Positions 60,801 through 64,000 of a stretch of DNA of 64,000 bases are shown in pieces. This DNA comes from PVC group bacterium (GTDB lineage: Bacteria > Omnitrophota > Gorgyraeia > B26-G9). A program made the position numbers and the translations under genes. Numbering within the stretch: position 1 is the first letter of the stretch; each line of letters begins with the position of its first letter. The notes below the pieces were generated by a model. The model had not been told where the DNA came from. It searched no databases and was given only the letters and a program-made list of their open reading frames with translations. The stretch lies in NCBI GenBank assembly GCA_024231215.1, contig JAAEQR010000195.1:142755-206754 (forward strand), written 5' to 3'.

Positions 60801-63257
60801 ATGAAAAAAATAATGAAATACATTTTTCTCTTAGGACTTATAGCTTACAGCTTATGTCTTGTTTCTCCTGTCTACTCACAGTACGACGAGTACAAGGATT
60901 TGTTTTTGGCAAAGCAGGCGTTTGAGGACGGTTTTCATGATGTTGCTGTGAGGCAGATGGAGAAATTCCTGCAATACTATCCTGATAGTAAGCGCAAACT
61001 TGATGTGCAGCTTTTACTCGGACGCAGCTATTTGAGCCAGGGACAGCTGTATAAAGCATCCAGTCTTTTTGCCGAGCTCTTAGCGAAAAAAAATGATAAT
61101 GCAGATGAACTTAACTTCTGGATGGGAGAGACTTATTTTAAAGGCAAAGATTATGAGCAGGCCCTTGCATTCTATAAGAAAATAATTCAGGAATTTCCAA
61201 ATTCGAAATGGTTAAGTCATGCGGTATATAACAATGCCTGGTGCTTATATGAATTAAAACAATTTGATGCGGCAAAATCCGGGTTTGAAAAATTCATAAA
61301 TACATATCCGAAACATAAATATGTAGCTGAAGCAGAGTATAAAATCGGTGAGATCTTATTTGAACTCCAGAAATATTCAGAAGCAAAGAAATATCTGATC
61401 ACCTACAATAAAAGGCATATTAAGCAAGGTAATTTAACCCGGGTTTATTGTTTGCTGGGTGAAATACACTACCGCATTTCAGATTATCCTCTGGCAATTA
61501 AGTATTACAGTGCAGCAGTTAAAGTTGGCCCGCGTTCTACGTACGGTCCTTACGCGCGTTATGGAATAGCCTGGGCGTATTTTAAATTGGGGAAATACAA
61601 AGAGAGCTTAGCGGCTTTTGGCCGGTTTATGGAGTTCTTTCCAAAACATAATTTGGCCCAGTTGGTAATCTTGCAGATGGGGGAATGTAGTTTTAATTTA
61701 AAAGATTACGACGCGGCACTTTCTTCTTACCGGCAGATGATACGAAAATTCCCTAAGGGAAGATGGGTTTATAAAGCGTATCTGGCCAAGGCAAAAACTA
61801 TATTTGAACTAGGGCGTTTTAAAGATGCGGTTATTGCCTACCAGTATTTCTTGAAAGAATTTCCACAGGTAGATGTTGTTCCGGAAGCACGTTATTCTTT
61901 GGGAAAGGCATATTTAAAGATCAATAAAAAACAGGAAGCTTTAAAAGAATTCGAACTTATCGATAGCCTTACTACAGACGCGATGCTAACGGTTAATGCC
62001 TTAAATGAAATTGCTGATATTCATATGGGTTCGGGTGAGGTAGACCGTGCTCAAAAAATATACGATAAAATTTTAGAGGATTTTTCCGATACTGAATACG
62101 CGGATTATGCCCAGTATCAATTAGGTATGAGTTTTCTTCAGAAGGGAAGATTTGATGCAGCGATCCTGGCTTTTCAAAACGTTTCTAAAACTGAATATGC
62201 AGTTAAAGCAAGATATCAGCTGGGTATTGCTTATTTTAAAAAGGGAAATTTTTCAGTAGCCGCAGGCAAACTTGCGGAGTTTATCGCAAAATGGCCGCAA
62301 AACGAACTAAAAGACGATGCTTTATTCTATCGTGCGACTTGTTTTTATAATCTAAAGGATTTTAAACAGGCAATCAATATCTATACTGTAGTGATCAAAA
62401 CAAGCCGGGAGCATGAATTGTTGTGGCGTTCTATGTATCAGCGTGCATGGTGCTATTATCATATGGGTAATGAAAAAGAGGCGATAACTGGTTTTGTTAA
62501 ATGTCTGGCTCAGTTTTCTGATTTACCGATTAGTGTGGATATCCAATTCTGGCTGGGGCAATATTATTTGCAGAAAAATAATTTCAATAAAGCCCGGGAT
62601 TATTTTCTGGCTGTAGCCCAACAGCCAATAGAGAGTGAATTAAAAGATGATGCTGTTTTTCAATTGGGATTGTGTTATCGCAAACAGAAAAAGGCTAATC
62701 TTGCTATAAAACAATTTGTTGTTTTGAAAAAAATATATCCAAAAAGTGAATTTGTGCCGGAAAGCATGCTGCGGGTGGCCGAGCTTTTTTCCGAGCAGAA
62801 AAAGAACAGAGAGGCAAAAGCCGAATTAAAGAGTTTATTAAACGAATATGCGGGATCTATCTATGAAAGTATGTCGTATAAAAAATTAGCTCATCTTGAA
62901 GAATTAGAAAATAATTTAATGCAGGCCAGAGAATATCTTTCGTTGGCTTTACAAAATAAACAGCTGGTAGCTGATTTTAAGGTGCAGTTACAATACGATC
63001 TGGGTCGTTTATGGGAAGTAGAGCAGGATTACGAACATGCAGTCGAAGAATATCTAAAGGTTGCATATCTATATCCACAGCATAAAAATCTTGTTGGTAA
63101 AGCTTTCTGGCAGGTGGGGCGTATTTTTGAAAATAAAAAAGAATATGAAAAAGCAGGACATATTTATGAAAAAATTATAGAAGGGGAATTCTCACAAAAA
63201 AAACAAGCCAAGGAGAGATTAGAATGGATAAAAGAACAATTAGCCGCATCATCTTAA
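60801..63257 (+). CDS. Secreted multi-TPR protein
   Basis: Signal peptide followed by many TPR units (A.Y.LG..Y...). Confidence 0.9.
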   Translation: MKKIMKYIFLLGLIAYSLCLVSPVYSQYDEYKDLFLAKQAFEDGFHDVAVRQMEKFLQYYPDSKRKLDVQLLLGRSYLSQGQLYKASSLFAELLAKKNDNADELNFWMGETYFKGKDYEQALAFYKKIIQEFPNSKWLSHAVYNNAWCLYELKQFDAAKSGFEKFINTYPKHKYVAEAEYKIGEILFELQKYSEAKKYLITYNKRHIKQGNLTRVYCLLGEIHYRISDYPLAIKYYSAAVKVGPRSTYGPYARYGIAWAYFKLGKYKESLAAFGRFMEFFPKHNLAQLVILQMGECSFNLKDYDAALSSYRQMIRKFPKGRWVYKAYLAKAKTIFELGRFKDAVIAYQYFLKEFPQVDVVPEARYSLGKAYLKINKKQEALKEFELIDSLTTDAMLTVNALNEIADIHMGSGEVDRAQKIYDKILEDFSDTEYADYAQYQLGMSFLQKGRFDAAILAFQNVSKTEYAVKARYQLGIAYFKKGNFSVAAGKLAEFIAKWPQNELKDDALFYRATCFYNLKDFKQAINIYTVVIKTSREHELLWRSMYQRAWCYYHMGNEKEAITGFVKCLAQFSDLPISVDIQFWLGQYYLQKNNFNKARDYFLAVAQQPIESELKDDAVFQLGLCYRKQKKANLAIKQFVVLKKIYPKSEFVPESMLRVAELFSEQKKNREAKAELKSLLNEYAGSIYESMSYKKLAHLEELENNLMQAREYLSLALQNKQLVADFKVQLQYDLGRLWEVEQDYEHAVEEYLKVAYLYPQHKNLVGKAFWQVGRIFENKKEYEKAGHIYEKIIEGEFSQKKQAKERLEWIKEQLAASS

Positions 63258-64000
63258 TTGCTGTTGTGTGCTACGGGGCATGGGGAAGTGCCGGGATATC
63301 GTATGGAGAGGATTTGAAAAAACCGTCATTGGAGATACCTCAGGTGAATATCGATTCTTCCCCGGAAGAATTGATGTTTGAAGCAGATATCGAAGATAAT
63401 GAGGAAGTTATTGATGATAGTCACGGAACAGTCAATATTGCTTATGGCCGGTTTAGGTCCAGTCTTTACGATCTCGAGACTTCGGCAAGAAACGAAAATT
63501 TCTATCATTCCTTCCGGCTTAGTGTTAATACAGCTGACGGGGAGCGTGATAATAGCCAGTTTAGTACGTATCGTCCTAGTTTTGAGCTAGGTATTCCCTT
63601 TGATCAGGAAAATGAATTTGTTTTTAAAATGAAATACTTTGATAAAATTATGGGGTTACCGGGGAAAATGGATGCGCTTACGCCCAGTGCCAAGCGGAGA
63701 AACAGCGATTTTCAGGTTTCCGGGCAATTAACCCATGGCTTAGAGAACGGAACAATAAGTATTGAGCCGTATTACGGACATTCATTACTTAATGAAGATA
63801 TTATGCGTCGTAATTTTAAGAATAAGATGGCTGGTATGCGGGTTGATACCGAAGTATATGGAAACACTTTAGATTTTAATATATACCAAAATAGGTTGAT
63901 TGATAATTATGAGCAGACAGTTGCTGATGCGCGGTTAAGACTGATGCCATTATCTTGGGGGGATAAGTGGCAGTTGTTACTGGGCGCAAATGCATTTGCA
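63224..64000 (+). CDS. TonB-dependent-receptor-like outer-membrane barrel, 3' truncated (absent from the ORF track)
   Basis: Manual translation: MDKRTISRIILIAVVCYGAWG... open to the window end; GTVNIAYGRF, DGERDNS, GLPG barrel-type motifs; AGGAGA SD; overlaps the TPR stop. Confidence 0.65.
   Translation, partial: MDKRTISRIILIAVVCYGAWGSAGISYGEDLKKPSLEIPQVNIDSSPEELMFEADIEDNEEVIDDSHGTVNIAYGRFRSSLYDLETSARNENFYHSFRLSVNTADGERDNSQFSTYRPSFELGIPFDQENEFVFKMKYFDKIMGLPGKMDALTPSAKRRNSDFQVSGQLTHGLENGTISIEPYYGHSLLNEDIMRRNFKNKMAGMRVDTEVYGNTLDFNIYQNRLIDNYEQTVADARLRLMPLSWGDKWQLLLGANAFA

Overview
AT-rich chromosomal window from a diderm bacterium. The repeat style suggests the PVC superphylum, possibly Candidatus Omnitrophota, but this is an unverified inference. 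It opens with the 3' end of dnaK, dnaJ and three small housekeeping genes. A co-oriented surface-polysaccharide locus of about 48 kb (4.35-52.2 kb) follows, headed by an EPS-type MarR regulator. The locus encodes a pseudaminic-acid-type pathway (pseB, pseC, a cytidylyltransferase-PseG fusion, pseI, but no pseH) with many tailoring enzymes: two formyltransferases, a class-III aminotransferase plus aldo/keto reductase, WbqC, a PIG-L deacetylase and two radical SAM/SPASM-twitch enzymes. It also holds a PKS-starter-like cassette (FkbH, ACP, methyltransferase, MaoC-SDR, flanked by acyltransferases), a B12 radical SAM enzyme, several methyltransferases, a branched-sugar C-methyltransferase module, Wzx/Wzy, an E. 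coli O16-like wbbK/wbbJ/wbbL-type trio, initiation genes and a large Wza with Wzi and Wzz but no Wzc. The window ends with an HD protein, greA, a ThiI-like gene, two lipoproteins, a GT9, a hydrolase, uvrA, a TPR protein and a partial plug-less TonB-receptor-like barrel missed by the ORF track. Non-coding highlights: two copies of a covarying structured repeat 52 kb apart, heptamer arrays at gene ends, a 57-bp palindromic element inserted in frame in the GT9 gene, four apparently leaderless sigma70 promoters, a candidate MarR operator over the start codon, and a duplicated gene 3' end around the FkbM gene. All calls come from reading motifs by eye; no database searches were run.
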